Position numbers and translations under genes: made by a program. A DNA stretch of 41,312 nt from Promethearchaeota archaeon. GTDB taxonomy: Archaea; Asgardarchaeota; Lokiarchaeia; Sigyniarchaeales; SOKP01. Under the pieces are notes generated by a model, which worked only from the letters and a program-made list of their open reading frames with translations, did not search any database and was not told the origin of the DNA. The number at the start of each line of letters is the position of its first letter. Positions within the stretch are counted from its first letter, which is position 1. Positions 18,634 to 28,103 of this stretch are shown in pieces. The stretch lies in assembly GCA_019058015.1 (NCBI GenBank), contig JAHLWH010000030.1:1-41312 (forward strand), given 5' to 3'.

Positions 18634-20691
18634 TCATAAATTTTCAATTAATTTAATCCACTTATGACTTAGGATTAGAGTCATTTCATTATGAAGCTTA
18701 TTTGAATTAGAGTAAAAATCATAAAGATTTACAATCTGGTCCAATATATTTTTAGATTTAAATGGGGCTAATTTTCTAAAATTATTTGATTTTATTTCAC
18801 GATAAGGAAATATTTCATTTATATCAGGAAAGATATTTTCATTTTTCATAATTTTTAAAATCTCCTTGCAATAAATATTATCATTCTGAATAATTTCGGA
18901 GAAATATAGATAATATACCAAACAATTAATTAATTTCCTAAAGAACTCAAGAATGCTATTAAGAGATTCCTCTTGAATACAGTTGCATTGTTGATCTTGA
19001 ATAATTTCATATTTTAATTGATGTAGAAAGTGAAGTAATTTTCCTAGTTTTGAGAAAATTTGGGGAATGTTTGAAGGAAGGGGAATTCTCTTTAAGAAAC
19101 TTCCATTAAAGCGTAGGTATCCAGAAGCCATATGTAAGGAGCTGAAAAGTGATTTAAAAATATAATCTACACATTTAGAGTTCATAATAACTGAGAGAGA
19201 AAATAGCTTTTCTACTGAGATATCTTCTCCTAAAAGCATATAAGCCCCTGTTATATTAATAAAATAACCAAGATCGCAAAATACTGTCATGTCTTTTGCA
19301 ATTTCTTTAAAAATCAATTTAGGTTTCTGAAGATCATTCCAAAATCTATTAAAATTTTTATTATAAGGAAAAAATGACATAAATAAACGTCTATTGGCAA
19401 TTTTTATTTCTTTATTAAATTTAATGTGGAATTTTCCAATATTGCTCGTCCCGATCAATATAAGATCCTTTTCATTATATCTTTTATTCACAATAAGGTC
19501 CAGATATTTTGCCCAATTCGTAAAAGTGAATGGTCTATAGATGAATTTTGAATTTATATAGATTTCTTCAAGTGGTTTAAAATTGGATATAAGATAATTT
19601 ATAATATTAAAATCACCAACAATCGGAATTACTAAAGATGGAATTTGATTAATGTTGGATTGTACTATTTTTTTACTAAGAAATCTTTTAAATAGAAAGT
19701 CTTCGATGATTTCAGATTTTTGAGCATTTTTAATTGAAATCATATGTTCAGAATTCAATAAATTTTTCGATTTTAGGAAAGAAATAATTATTGGATAGAT
19801 TGAGGCCTTTTTAAAGATTTTTAATAAAGAAATATCAACTATTTCCAGAATTTTTGTTTGATTTATAAGTAGATTTCGAATTTTTAGACCATAATCAGCT
19901 GAAAGAAATTTATTTGTTATAATGAAAGAGCAATATCCTTTATTTTTCAATAATTGATATGCTCGTTCTATAAATAAAATAGAAATATCATATAATTTAT
20001 AAGCAGATTCATATTTTTGCTTTAGAATTTGTTTGTTAAAGTAGGATTTCATTTTTTTATTTTCAATATATGGAGGATTTCCCAATATAATATCGAATTT
20101 TTTAAAATCAACGATTTTATCTTCAATTAAAAAATTACCGAGAATTATATTATTTTTTAATAAATCACGTTTTGGAGTTGCTTTTCTATTATAAAACCAG
20201 TTTATTAGGCGTAATTGACATAATTTAATAGCTTGTGTGTCCAAATCTACACCAAATAAATTGTGTTTAATAATTGATTTTTTTATTTTAAATTGATCTT
20301 CAGTGGGATTTAAGATCTTAAATAGTTGAAAGAGGATAGTAGCCATTGATATTAAAAATCGGCCAGTTCCACAAGCGGGATCGAGTATTTTAATTGAGTT
20401 AATTAAATCGTTTAATACTTTTTTTAAATTATTATTATCTTTTAATAATGATTTTAGTGATGAAAAATTTGGTTCTTTTATAAGATCGAGATATTTAGAG
20501 ATTTCCTGTTGTTTTAATATAGCGTTTATATGATATTGAATACTTTTTAAACAAATATATCTGCATATTGTTGCCGGAGTATAAACAGTTCCTTTAAGTT
20601 TCCCACTCTTTTTATTATTAGAAAGTTGGTTTTCAAAATCTTCGATTTTTTTTTGAATTTCATCGAAGTTTTCAAATATTGTTTTTTTCAT
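18634..20691 (-). CDS. N6-adenine DNA methyltransferase (Eco57I/TaqI-like gamma class) with TRD, no nuclease domain
   Basis: GTVYTP, ILDPACGTGRFL, FGVDLD, GNPPY and a TaqI-C-like region (KLIFKEI...MNS...LKRIPLP). Confidence 0.88.
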   Translation of the reverse strand: MKKTIFENFDEIQKKIEDFENQLSNNKKSGKLKGTVYTPATICRYICLKSIQYHINAILKQQEISKYLDLIKEPNFSSLKSLLKDNNNLKKVLNDLINSIKILDPACGTGRFLISMATILFQLFKILNPTEDQFKIKKSIIKHNLFGVDLDTQAIKLCQLRLINWFYNRKATPKRDLLKNNIILGNFLIEDKIVDFKKFDIILGNPPYIENKKMKSYFNKQILKQKYESAYKLYDISILFIERAYQLLKNKGYCSFIITNKFLSADYGLKIRNLLINQTKILEIVDISLLKIFKKASIYPIIISFLKSKNLLNSEHMISIKNAQKSEIIEDFLFKRFLSKKIVQSNINQIPSLVIPIVGDFNIINYLISNFKPLEEIYINSKFIYRPFTFTNWAKYLDLIVNKRYNEKDLILIGTSNIGKFHIKFNKEIKIANRRLFMSFFPYNKNFNRFWNDLQKPKLIFKEIAKDMTVFCDLGYFINITGAYMLLGEDISVEKLFSLSVIMNSKCVDYIFKSLFSSLHMASGYLRFNGSFLKRIPLPSNIPQIFSKLGKLLHFLHQLKYEIIQDQQCNCIQEESLNSILEFFRKLINCLVYYLYFSEIIQNDNIYCKEILKIMKNENIFPDINEIFPYREIKSNNFRKLAPFKSKNILDQIVNLYDFYSNSNKLHNEMTLILSHKWIKLIENL

Positions 20692-20795
20692 CTAAAATTT
20701 ATTGATTTTTTTAGAAAATAAATCTTTTTTAATAATTTCAACTATAAGATAATTAAATTAAAAAGGTTCAAAATGAGATAAAACAAGAACTTGTT

Positions 20796-21200
20796 ATGGT
20801 GGAAATTCCTAACCAAGAAATTGCAAAAAAGATAATGGATGATCTAAATGAAAATGAAAGTTATAGGAAAACTGCAAGAGATTGGGAAGGAGCTATTATA
20901 ATAAAGTTTTTATCTGATGGTAATAAATTTAAAAAAAAATATTATTTATATCTTGATTTATGGCACGGAAAAGTTAGAGGTGCGGAGTTAATTGGCGGAC
21001 AATCCGAAAAACCTTTTGAATGTTATATTTCGGCAAATGAGACTGATTGGAGAAGATTATTTAAGGGAGAAATAGACCCGACTATTGCGATGAGGATGGG
21101 CAAATTTAAATTTCAAGGTAATTTGGATAAATTAATCCGTAATACAAAAGCAACAACCTACATTTTGAAATATCTAACAAAGTATCTCAAGGATTGGTGA
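20796..21200 (+). CDS. SCP2 sterol/acyl-binding domain protein
   Basis: 134 aa with LNENESY...WEG, DLWHG and WRRLFKGEIDPTIAMRMGKFKFQGNL. Confidence 0.85.
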   Translation: MVEIPNQEIAKKIMDDLNENESYRKTARDWEGAIIIKFLSDGNKFKKKYYLYLDLWHGKVRGAELIGGQSEKPFECYISANETDWRRLFKGEIDPTIAMRMGKFKFQGNLDKLIRNTKATTYILKYLTKYLKDW

Positions 21201-22429
21201 TTTTTTCAAAAAAATTTGTTTTATTAAAATTTATGGAAAATATGAAAAAAAAAATGGTTATAAAAGGTATTAGAGATAAAGTTGCAATAATTGGTGTTGG
21301 TGCAACAAAATATGGAGAACTATGGGATGAAAATCAATTTTCTTTATTGATTAAATCTACCGATGAAGCAATGGCAGATGCTGGAGTAAAAAGAGATGAG
21401 ATTGAAGCAGTTTGGATAGGAATATATTATTATTTTACAGGATTATCAGGCGGAACATTTGCAGATGCTTTAAAATTGTGGGGTATTCCAATTACAAGAG
21501 TAGAAAATTATTGTGCTTCTGGTATGGATGCATTTAGAAATGCATGTAATGCTGTCGCTTCAGGTGTTAATGATGTAGTTATAGCATGTGGTGTTGAAAA
21601 AATATTAGATGAGGGTTCTCGAGGTTTACCTGGATTTCGGAAATTTGGTCATCCAATGTATCCAAGACCTTCTGCCCCTGCGATATTTTCACTGGCAGCT
21701 ACTCGTAGTTTTAAAGATTATGGATGGACCAAGGAAGATTTAGCGAGAGTTGCAGTAAAAAATCATGATAATGGAGCACATCATCCTAAAGCCCATTTTA
21801 GAAGGCCAGTTTCATTAGAAACGGTTTTAAACGCTCCAATGATTGCAGATCCTTTGGGTCGATACGATTGTTGTGCTATTTCAGATGGTTCAGCAGCATT
21901 GATATTAACGAGTCCAGAGCTTGCACCGAGTTATGCCCATGGAGATGATTATATTTTAGTAAAAGCTAATGCATTATCGGTTTATACAAATATGCCTTGG
22001 TATTGGCCTAGCTTTGGTTTTATATCATTTCCATCGACAACAACCGCTGCCAAATTGGCATATAAAGAAGCCGGAATAACGGTTCCCCGAAAAGAAATTG
22101 ATTGCGCTGAAGTCCATGATTGTTTTACAATTACCGAATTATTAAATTGCCAAGATCTTCAGTTTTGTGAAAGAGGACAGGCAGCTGAAGAATTAAAAAA
22201 TGGTACGTTTAACTGGGACGGAGAAACTGCGGTTAATCCATCAGGGCGTCTTAAAAGTTTTGGTCATCCAATTGGTTCTACAGGTTGCCGGATGCTCTAT
22301 GAAGTAACCAAACAAGTTCAGGGAAGAGCAGATGGAAGACAGGTTCCAGATGCTAAGATTGGGCTAGCCCATAATTTGGGTGGAGCCTACACTGTATGTT
22401 CCGTTACAATCTTAAGTCAAAATCCATAG
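21194..22429 (+). CDS. SCP2-type thiolase (acetyl-CoA acyltransferase)
   Basis: VENYCASG, SDGSAA, EVHDCF, GHPIGSTG, HNLGG. The real start is probably ATG 21242 or 21254. Confidence 0.92.
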   Translation: MVIFSKKFVLLKFMENMKKKMVIKGIRDKVAIIGVGATKYGELWDENQFSLLIKSTDEAMADAGVKRDEIEAVWIGIYYYFTGLSGGTFADALKLWGIPITRVENYCASGMDAFRNACNAVASGVNDVVIACGVEKILDEGSRGLPGFRKFGHPMYPRPSAPAIFSLAATRSFKDYGWTKEDLARVAVKNHDNGAHHPKAHFRRPVSLETVLNAPMIADPLGRYDCCAISDGSAALILTSPELAPSYAHGDDYILVKANALSVYTNMPWYWPSFGFISFPSTTTAAKLAYKEAGITVPRKEIDCAEVHDCFTITELLNCQDLQFCERGQAAEELKNGTFNWDGETAVNPSGRLKSFGHPIGSTGCRMLYEVTKQVQGRADGRQVPDAKIGLAHNLGGAYTVCSVTILSQNP

Positions 22430-22515
22430 AATAATATTTTCATCATACATTATCTTTTAAGGTAATTTAAAATAGTGTTTTTAATATTGAAGTCATAAAG
22501 GAATGGCAAATAAAA

Positions 22516-23436
22516 ATGAAAAATATTAATATAGGTTTTGATGAATCTCATAATAATAAACTAAAGATTGAAGATACAGCATTTGCTGACTTTTTGGAGT
22601 ATATAGTTAATTCAAATTTTAAGATAGGAAAAATAGAGGCGGGTTTAACCGAAAAAAAATTATCAACATATGATATCTTTATTATTGGAGTTCCTACAGA
22701 ATCTTTAATCGAAACGGATGAAATTACTGATTTAGTTAAATATGTTCATGATGGAGGAAGTTTATTAATTATAAATGACCAAGGCGGTGATTATGAGAAT
22801 CAAAATAATTTATCAGAACTAACCAAAAATTTTGGTATAACATTTAATAATGATACTTTATATGATGGTCGATATTTCTCTATTGAAAATTCTCGGCCAG
22901 TAATAAAGGATTTTATACCTCATTTTATCACGCGAGATATTTCAAGTATTATTCATTCTAATGGCTGCACATTATCAATTGATAAATCAGTTGAAAAAGA
23001 CAATATAGATGTTGATTATATTGCCTATTCTTCCAAAGATACTTCATGGCACGAATATTTCAATGGAAGTGATTGGGTTGAGGAACCAGTAAGTGAATTA
23101 CCAGTAGTTGCAGTAGGACATTATGGTTCAGGTAAGATTGTAGCTTTAGCAAATATGTCTTTGTTTTCAAGCTTACATGATTCTTATGGAATAAATGCTG
23201 AAGATAATTTTAAATTGATCTCAAATATTGTTTCTTGGCTATTAAATAAGGCCGAATCGGAAGAAACAAGGGAAATGCAACCTATTTATTTAACTGCGCC
23301 GATAGACCAGGATATCTTCTATTGGGTGAAAGAACAGATTAGAAAGAAAAAATGGAGCAATATTGGAGATGTAATTAATTTTGCTTTAAGAGTACTTAAA
23401 ATAAGGTTGAAACGAGAGATTGAGGAAGAAGAATAG
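22516..23436 (+). CDS. GIFT/DUF4350-like (class I GATase-fold) domain protein with C-terminal ribbon-helix-helix-like segment
   Basis: FDESHN, YDIFIIGVP, EITDLVKYVHDGGSLLI, NLSELTKNFGI, YGSGKIV, DNFKLISNIVSWL, then the tail IYLTAPID...WSNIGDVINFALR. Confidence 0.7.
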   Translation: MKNINIGFDESHNNKLKIEDTAFADFLEYIVNSNFKIGKIEAGLTEKKLSTYDIFIIGVPTESLIETDEITDLVKYVHDGGSLLIINDQGGDYENQNNLSELTKNFGITFNNDTLYDGRYFSIENSRPVIKDFIPHFITRDISSIIHSNGCTLSIDKSVEKDNIDVDYIAYSSKDTSWHEYFNGSDWVEEPVSELPVVAVGHYGSGKIVALANMSLFSSLHDSYGINAEDNFKLISNIVSWLLNKAESEETREMQPIYLTAPIDQDIFYWVKEQIRKKKWSNIGDVINFALRVLKIRLKREIEEEE

Positions 23437-23537
23437 AAGAATATAAATTCAACTGGTTAATTAAAATAAAACCCATAAATCGCAATTTTTAAATCAAATT
23501 AATATGTAATCACGTTAAATTTGAGTCATTTTTAAAA

Positions 23538-24428
23538 ATGATAAAAAAAATATTACAATCACCTTTTTCTGAAAAAGAGATTAGCTTTAGTGACTTTATT
23601 GATATTATTAAAAAGAGCAAGATTATATTTGAAAAGGAACCTTATGTATTAAAATTGAATGCATCATCTCCCCAAGAAAAAATTCTCATCATAGGAGATA
23701 TCCATGGAAACCTACCCTCATTGGTTAAAATCAAGGAAAAAATCGATGAAATTAAACCTGAAATGGTTCTTTTTTTAGGAGATATTGTTGACCGAGGGCT
23801 TTATCAATTAGAATGTCTATGTTTTATTTTATGCTTAAAAATTACAGAGCCAGAACGTTATTTTTTACTAAAAGGAAATCATGAAACAATCGAAATTAAT
23901 CGATATTATGGATTTTTGGATGTTCTTTTGAATCAATTTGGTGATACAAAATATATGAAATATCTTTTGGAATTATACAATTCTCTCTCCCTTTGTTCAA
24001 TAATTAATAAAAAAATATTTTGTGTGCATGGGGGCATTCCTGAAGATATTGAAATCATCAATAAATTAAAAAAATTGGATAAAAAACCAAATTTGATGAG
24101 TGATCCTGAAATCTCTAATGAAGTTTTTCAAATGATATGGAATGATCCTATAGAACATGAAGCATCTCCTTATTTTGTAGACAATTTCAGAGGTGAGGGA
24201 ATAAAACGATATGGTTATAAAGCATTTGAAGAATTTATGGTGCATTATGGTTTTAAATCTTTAATTAGATCACATGAAATATTTCCTCCTCAAGGTTATC
24301 AATACTTCTTTAATGGTAGATTATTGACGATTTTTTCCTCAAATAATTATCGAGGTCAATTTGCACCTAATCCAGCAACGATCGCTTTAATTGAAGACAC
24401 GAACGTCAAGTTACTCATATTACAATGA
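23538..24428 (+). CDS. PPP-family Ser/Thr protein phosphatase
   Basis: GDIHG, GDIVDRG, KGNHE, VHGG, WNDP, IRSHE, TIFSSNNY. Confidence 0.93.
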   Translation: MIKKILQSPFSEKEISFSDFIDIIKKSKIIFEKEPYVLKLNASSPQEKILIIGDIHGNLPSLVKIKEKIDEIKPEMVLFLGDIVDRGLYQLECLCFILCLKITEPERYFLLKGNHETIEINRYYGFLDVLLNQFGDTKYMKYLLELYNSLSLCSIINKKIFCVHGGIPEDIEIINKLKKLDKKPNLMSDPEISNEVFQMIWNDPIEHEASPYFVDNFRGEGIKRYGYKAFEEFMVHYGFKSLIRSHEIFPPQGYQYFFNGRLLTIFSSNNYRGQFAPNPATIALIEDTNVKLLILQ

Positions 24429-24476
24429 TTTTTTAACTATAAAATTCCTTAATCAAACTTAATTAATTAGGTTAAT

Positions 24477-24830
24477 TTGAAAATGAAAGCAATTAAATGC
24501 CAAGTAATATCAGACTATAAATCTGCTTTTTCTGATCCGTTAATAATTGTTAAAGGTGAGATTTTAACAATTAGTGTGAAAGAAAGCGAGTGGAAAGAGT
24601 GGCTATGGTGTATTAACCAATTTCGTAAAGGAGGATGGGTTCCGGAAAAATATATCGAGAAATTAAATGATAAAAAATGTAAAGCTCTCAGAGATTATGA
24701 TGCAACTGAACTTACTGTGAAAATTGGAGAAGAATTAATAATTAGCAATGAAGTAAGTGGTTGGGCTTGGGTTACCAACAAGAAAGGTAAAAGCGGTTGG
24801 GTACCATTAGAGAATATACAAATAATTTAA
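24477..24830 (+). CDS. Tandem SH3-domain protein
   Basis: Two repeats, each ending W-x-W...GWVP; the second begins ALRDYDATELTV. Confidence 0.88.
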   Translation: MKMKAIKCQVISDYKSAFSDPLIIVKGEILTISVKESEWKEWLWCINQFRKGGWVPEKYIEKLNDKKCKALRDYDATELTVKIGEELIISNEVSGWAWVTNKKGKSGWVPLENIQII

Positions 24831-24848
24831 AATTAATTTTATTAAAAA

Positions 24849-25292
24849 TTAAAGAATTAATTCTGGAAATTTTTCAATTAGTTCTGGGTATTTCTTTATT
24901 TCATTTTTCCATCTATCTTCTGCATCAATATCTAATATTATATTATACTGTTTAATTATTTTTTCTGTTGGAACATAAATATCTGCGCTTATTTCTATAT
25001 CATTTTTAAGAAAAACCTTAGTTGCAATTCGAGAATAAAGTCCTAATTTTACTCCTTCAAAAGTGTCGAGTTGAATTAATTGATCAAAATTAACATCAAA
25101 TTTCAAACCCCAAAATTGTGCATTTTTATCTGGCAAAACGTATGGAAACCAATTCCCTGGGGGTAATATTCTTCTATAATTTTTTACTAAACATACCTCA
25201 ACATTTTCATAATTTTTCCATAGATTATTAGTGATAAATGTTCCATATGCTACTAAAGTAGTCAATGGTTGAGAGTGTGAATTGTATCTCAT
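24849..25292 (-). CDS. Gamma-glutamylcyclotransferase (GGCT/AIG2-like) family protein
   Basis: VAYGT, FPY, LDTFEG....YSR, ADIYV. Confidence 0.8.
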   Translation of the reverse strand: MRYNSHSQPLTTLVAYGTFITNNLWKNYENVEVCLVKNYRRILPPGNWFPYVLPDKNAQFWGLKFDVNFDQLIQLDTFEGVKLGLYSRIATKVFLKNDIEISADIYVPTEKIIKQYNIILDIDAEDRWKNEIKKYPELIEKFPELIL

Positions 25293-25408
25293 ATTGAGTT
25301 AATTTTTTATTAAATAATCTTTTTCAAAATTATTTGATAGAATTGAATTTAGGGGAAAAATAAAGCATAATAGGCAAACACAAGAAATGGATAAGTCTAT
25401 TAGCTGAT

Positions 25409-25645
25409 TTAGAGAATCTCGGAGGCGTCTGGCTTGATAAACAACAGGTTATTCCCTCTTATGAAGATCTCAGAATATTTAGCTACAGCTGCTCCATCCA
25501 TAAATTCTGTGGCATCTTCTATTATCATATTCATATAAGAGTCAATTTCTTTCATTTTACCTCGGTATTCCGTTCCGTCTTTTAATCTTAGTAGAATAAC
25601 GGAATTTACTGCCTTTTCTAGAATTTTGAGTGGGTCTCGTTCCAT
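25409..25645 (-). CDS. Sm/LSm-like RNA-binding protein (SmAP)
   Basis: Sm1 LKDGTEYRG...DSYMNM and Sm2 IFIRGNN. Confidence 0.95.
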   Translation of the reverse strand: MERDPLKILEKAVNSVILLRLKDGTEYRGKMKEIDSYMNMIIEDATEFMDGAAVAKYSEIFIRGNNLLFIKPDASEIL

Positions 25646-25771
25646 TTTATTAATTTACCTGATAATTTTTCTCTTTGATTAAAAACAATATTAAATATAA
25701 TTATATACTCTTAAAAAATACTCTTAAATTAAAATCTTTTTAATTTTTTTACGTTATTAATTTCAATTAGA

Positions 25772-26344
25772 ATGAGAAATTTGAATGCAAAAAAATTGGA
25801 TAAGAAGAAAAAGATTATAGAGGATTATAATTCTTCTGCCAAAATTTATGATAACCGATATAAAATAATTCAAAATTATAAATTCAAGCTATTAATTGAA
25901 AATCTTATTTTTAAACGTGGACTTTATCTGGATGCAGGTTCTGGAACAAATTTATTTTTAGATTATCTCAATAGAGAAAAGATTACAAGAAATATTAGAT
26001 TAATTGGTTTAGACATATCTTTTAATATGCTAAAGATTGCAAAAGAAAAACAAAAAAACTCTTGTTTAATCTTAGGAGATATTGAACATCTTCCATTCAA
26101 AAGGAATCTTTTTACGGGTTTTTTTTCGATTACCACCTTTCAAAATCTAGCTGATATTAATAAAGGTATTGAAGAGTTGATTCGGGTTTTTAAAAGTAAA
26201 GGATTATTAGCTATTACAATTTTAAAAAAAAGCTTCAATTTAAATGAAGTTAAAAAATTATTTCAGCCACATTTTCAAGATTTAAATTATATTGATGATA
26301 ACAAATGCGGAGATTGGATTATTTTAAGAGATAATCGATTTTAA
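25772..26344 (+). CDS. Class I SAM-dependent methyltransferase
   Basis: LDAGSGT, GLDIS..ML, GDIEHLPF. Confidence 0.88.
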   Translation: MRNLNAKKLDKKKKIIEDYNSSAKIYDNRYKIIQNYKFKLLIENLIFKRGLYLDAGSGTNLFLDYLNREKITRNIRLIGLDISFNMLKIAKEKQKNSCLILGDIEHLPFKRNLFTGFFSITTFQNLADINKGIEELIRVFKSKGLLAITILKKSFNLNEVKKLFQPHFQDLNYIDDNKCGDWIILRDNRF

Positions 26345-27196
26345 AATTTCTTCAGCATTACTCTCTACATTAAATCTCTTTTTAAAAAATAAACATATAT
26401 TTTCAATATCTCTTTTCAAAATTGATAATCCATTGGGATGGCTCTTGGGGACCCACTGTGGCCAATCTATTATTAAAATGTCACCTTCAGAATTTATTAA
26501 GACATTAAATTCTCCGAGATCTCCATGAATTATACCTATATTTTTATAAATAATACTTATTTGATTAATTATATCTTCAAAAATAAATACCGGATCTTCT
26601 ATATCGATGAGATTATTAAGTTCTGTTCCTTCAATAAATTCCATTATTAAAATATGACGATTGATTCCAATCGGTTTTGGAATATTTAATCCTAATGGAG
26701 CAATTTTTGAAAGGGCTTCATATTCTCGCATAGCAGCAAGTCGATTAATGTAAAGCCAGGAAAAATGGCGTCTTTCACCGACAAATATTCTTAATTGTTT
26801 TACCTTTCGGAAACTTGTCCGACCTATTCTAAAAATTTTCATAGTCATTTCTTCATTATCATCGTTTATGCACTTATATACATCTGCTTCTTTTCCTTTC
26901 CCAATCTCTACCCCGAGTTGAGAAATTATTCCTTGTCCAACTAAAATATGAAAAGCGAGCATATCATACCCAATTGAATTTAATTTATAACTGGTCACAC
27001 CTGTTGAATCACGCACGATGAGATTATTTTTATGAACTTTATTGAGACGGAATAAAACTTCCTCCATTTTCAATTTAGAAAAAAAACAGATATCACTCAT
27101 TTTTACGGTGGCAGCTCTTCTCATACCCCGTTCAATCGCTCTTAATACGCGGAAATCTTCCTTTTCCATTGATTTTATAATTTTAGCTACTTCCAA
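26324..27196 (-). CDS. rio2: RIO2 atypical Ser/Thr kinase (N-terminal winged helix)
   Basis: DFRVLRAIE, GYD.LA, IGKGKEADVY, RIGRTSF, IHGDLGEFN, IIDWPQ. Confidence 0.93.
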   Translation of the reverse strand: MEVAKIIKSMEKEDFRVLRAIERGMRRAATVKMSDICFFSKLKMEEVLFRLNKVHKNNLIVRDSTGVTSYKLNSIGYDMLAFHILVGQGIISQLGVEIGKGKEADVYKCINDDNEEMTMKIFRIGRTSFRKVKQLRIFVGERRHFSWLYINRLAAMREYEALSKIAPLGLNIPKPIGINRHILIMEFIEGTELNNLIDIEDPVFIFEDIINQISIIYKNIGIIHGDLGEFNVLINSEGDILIIDWPQWVPKSHPNGLSILKRDIENICLFFKKRFNVESNAEEILKSIIS

Positions 27197-27307
27197 ACCT
27201 TAGTTTCTCTTTAATTCATATTGTAAATATACTCAATTTAAATAATACAATTTAAATAATTTATTATTAAGGTAAATCGCGATTGAATATTTAAGGATTT
27301 TTTTTTT

Positions 27308-28066
27308 TCAAGCATTTGAATGTTTATATATCCAGAAAATGGAGTATATTGTTGGGCAAACTAAAATAATAATTCCAATTAAATTTATTAATAAAAATAT
27401 TCTTAAATCATTTTGGGAAATTAAATACATTGTTGTAGTTGAGCCAGATTGAAATAAAAAAAGAAAAATTCCTTGGGAGATATATAGTAGAAAACCTATT
27501 GACATAATAATCCCAATTGCTGCTATTATAATTGATATAACGCGATTTATTATGAAGGATAGGACTTGATTTCCAATAAAAATAAGGAGAAATATGAGAA
27601 TTAAAATTTGAGAAGTGAAAATCCACCCATTATATATTTGTGCATTAATTTGTAAGCTTCCATTTGTTTGAACCCATGATAATGGCGATAATAGGTTAAG
27701 ATAATATGTAAATGAGAGAATAGTTCCAATTAGTCCGAATATCAGATAAAGTTTTAAATAAATGGTTCTCTTTAAGATTATTTTCTCTTTTTTACCAAAT
27801 TTTTTCAATAAATTCATTAATTGTGTGTGAATTTCTGGTGGAATGTTATCTTTTAAAATTTTAAGTTTAAAATTTTGATACTTCTCTTGTATTAATGATA
27901 GTGATTTAAAACCAAGCTCCTTCTTTTTCTTTTTTGATTTTGGACCTTGCCATAAATATACAATTTTATTCTTCTCATCTAAAAATATTGCAAGATCATG
28001 AAGTAAAAGGCTGGTTTCTTCTTCAACCCAGTTTTCTAAATTTTCATCAAAAATAAATGTTTTCAT
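27308..28066 (-). CDS. Gelsolin-like N-terminal domain fused to about 4 TM helices
   Basis: N-terminal LLLHDLAIFLD...IVYLWQGPKS resembles the gelsolin core; aa about 103-247 are hydrophobic helices. Confidence 0.65.
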   Translation of the reverse strand: MKTFIFDENLENWVEEETSLLLHDLAIFLDEKNKIVYLWQGPKSKKKKKELGFKSLSLIQEKYQNFKLKILKDNIPPEIHTQLMNLLKKFGKKEKIILKRTIYLKLYLIFGLIGTILSFTYYLNLLSPLSWVQTNGSLQINAQIYNGWIFTSQILILIFLLIFIGNQVLSFIINRVISIIIAAIGIIMSIGFLLYISQGIFLFLFQSGSTTTMYLISQNDLRIFLLINLIGIIILVCPTIYSIFWIYKHSNA

Positions 28067-28103
28067 GTATAGGATTTGTAATTAAATTGTTATTATTAAA
28101 ATT

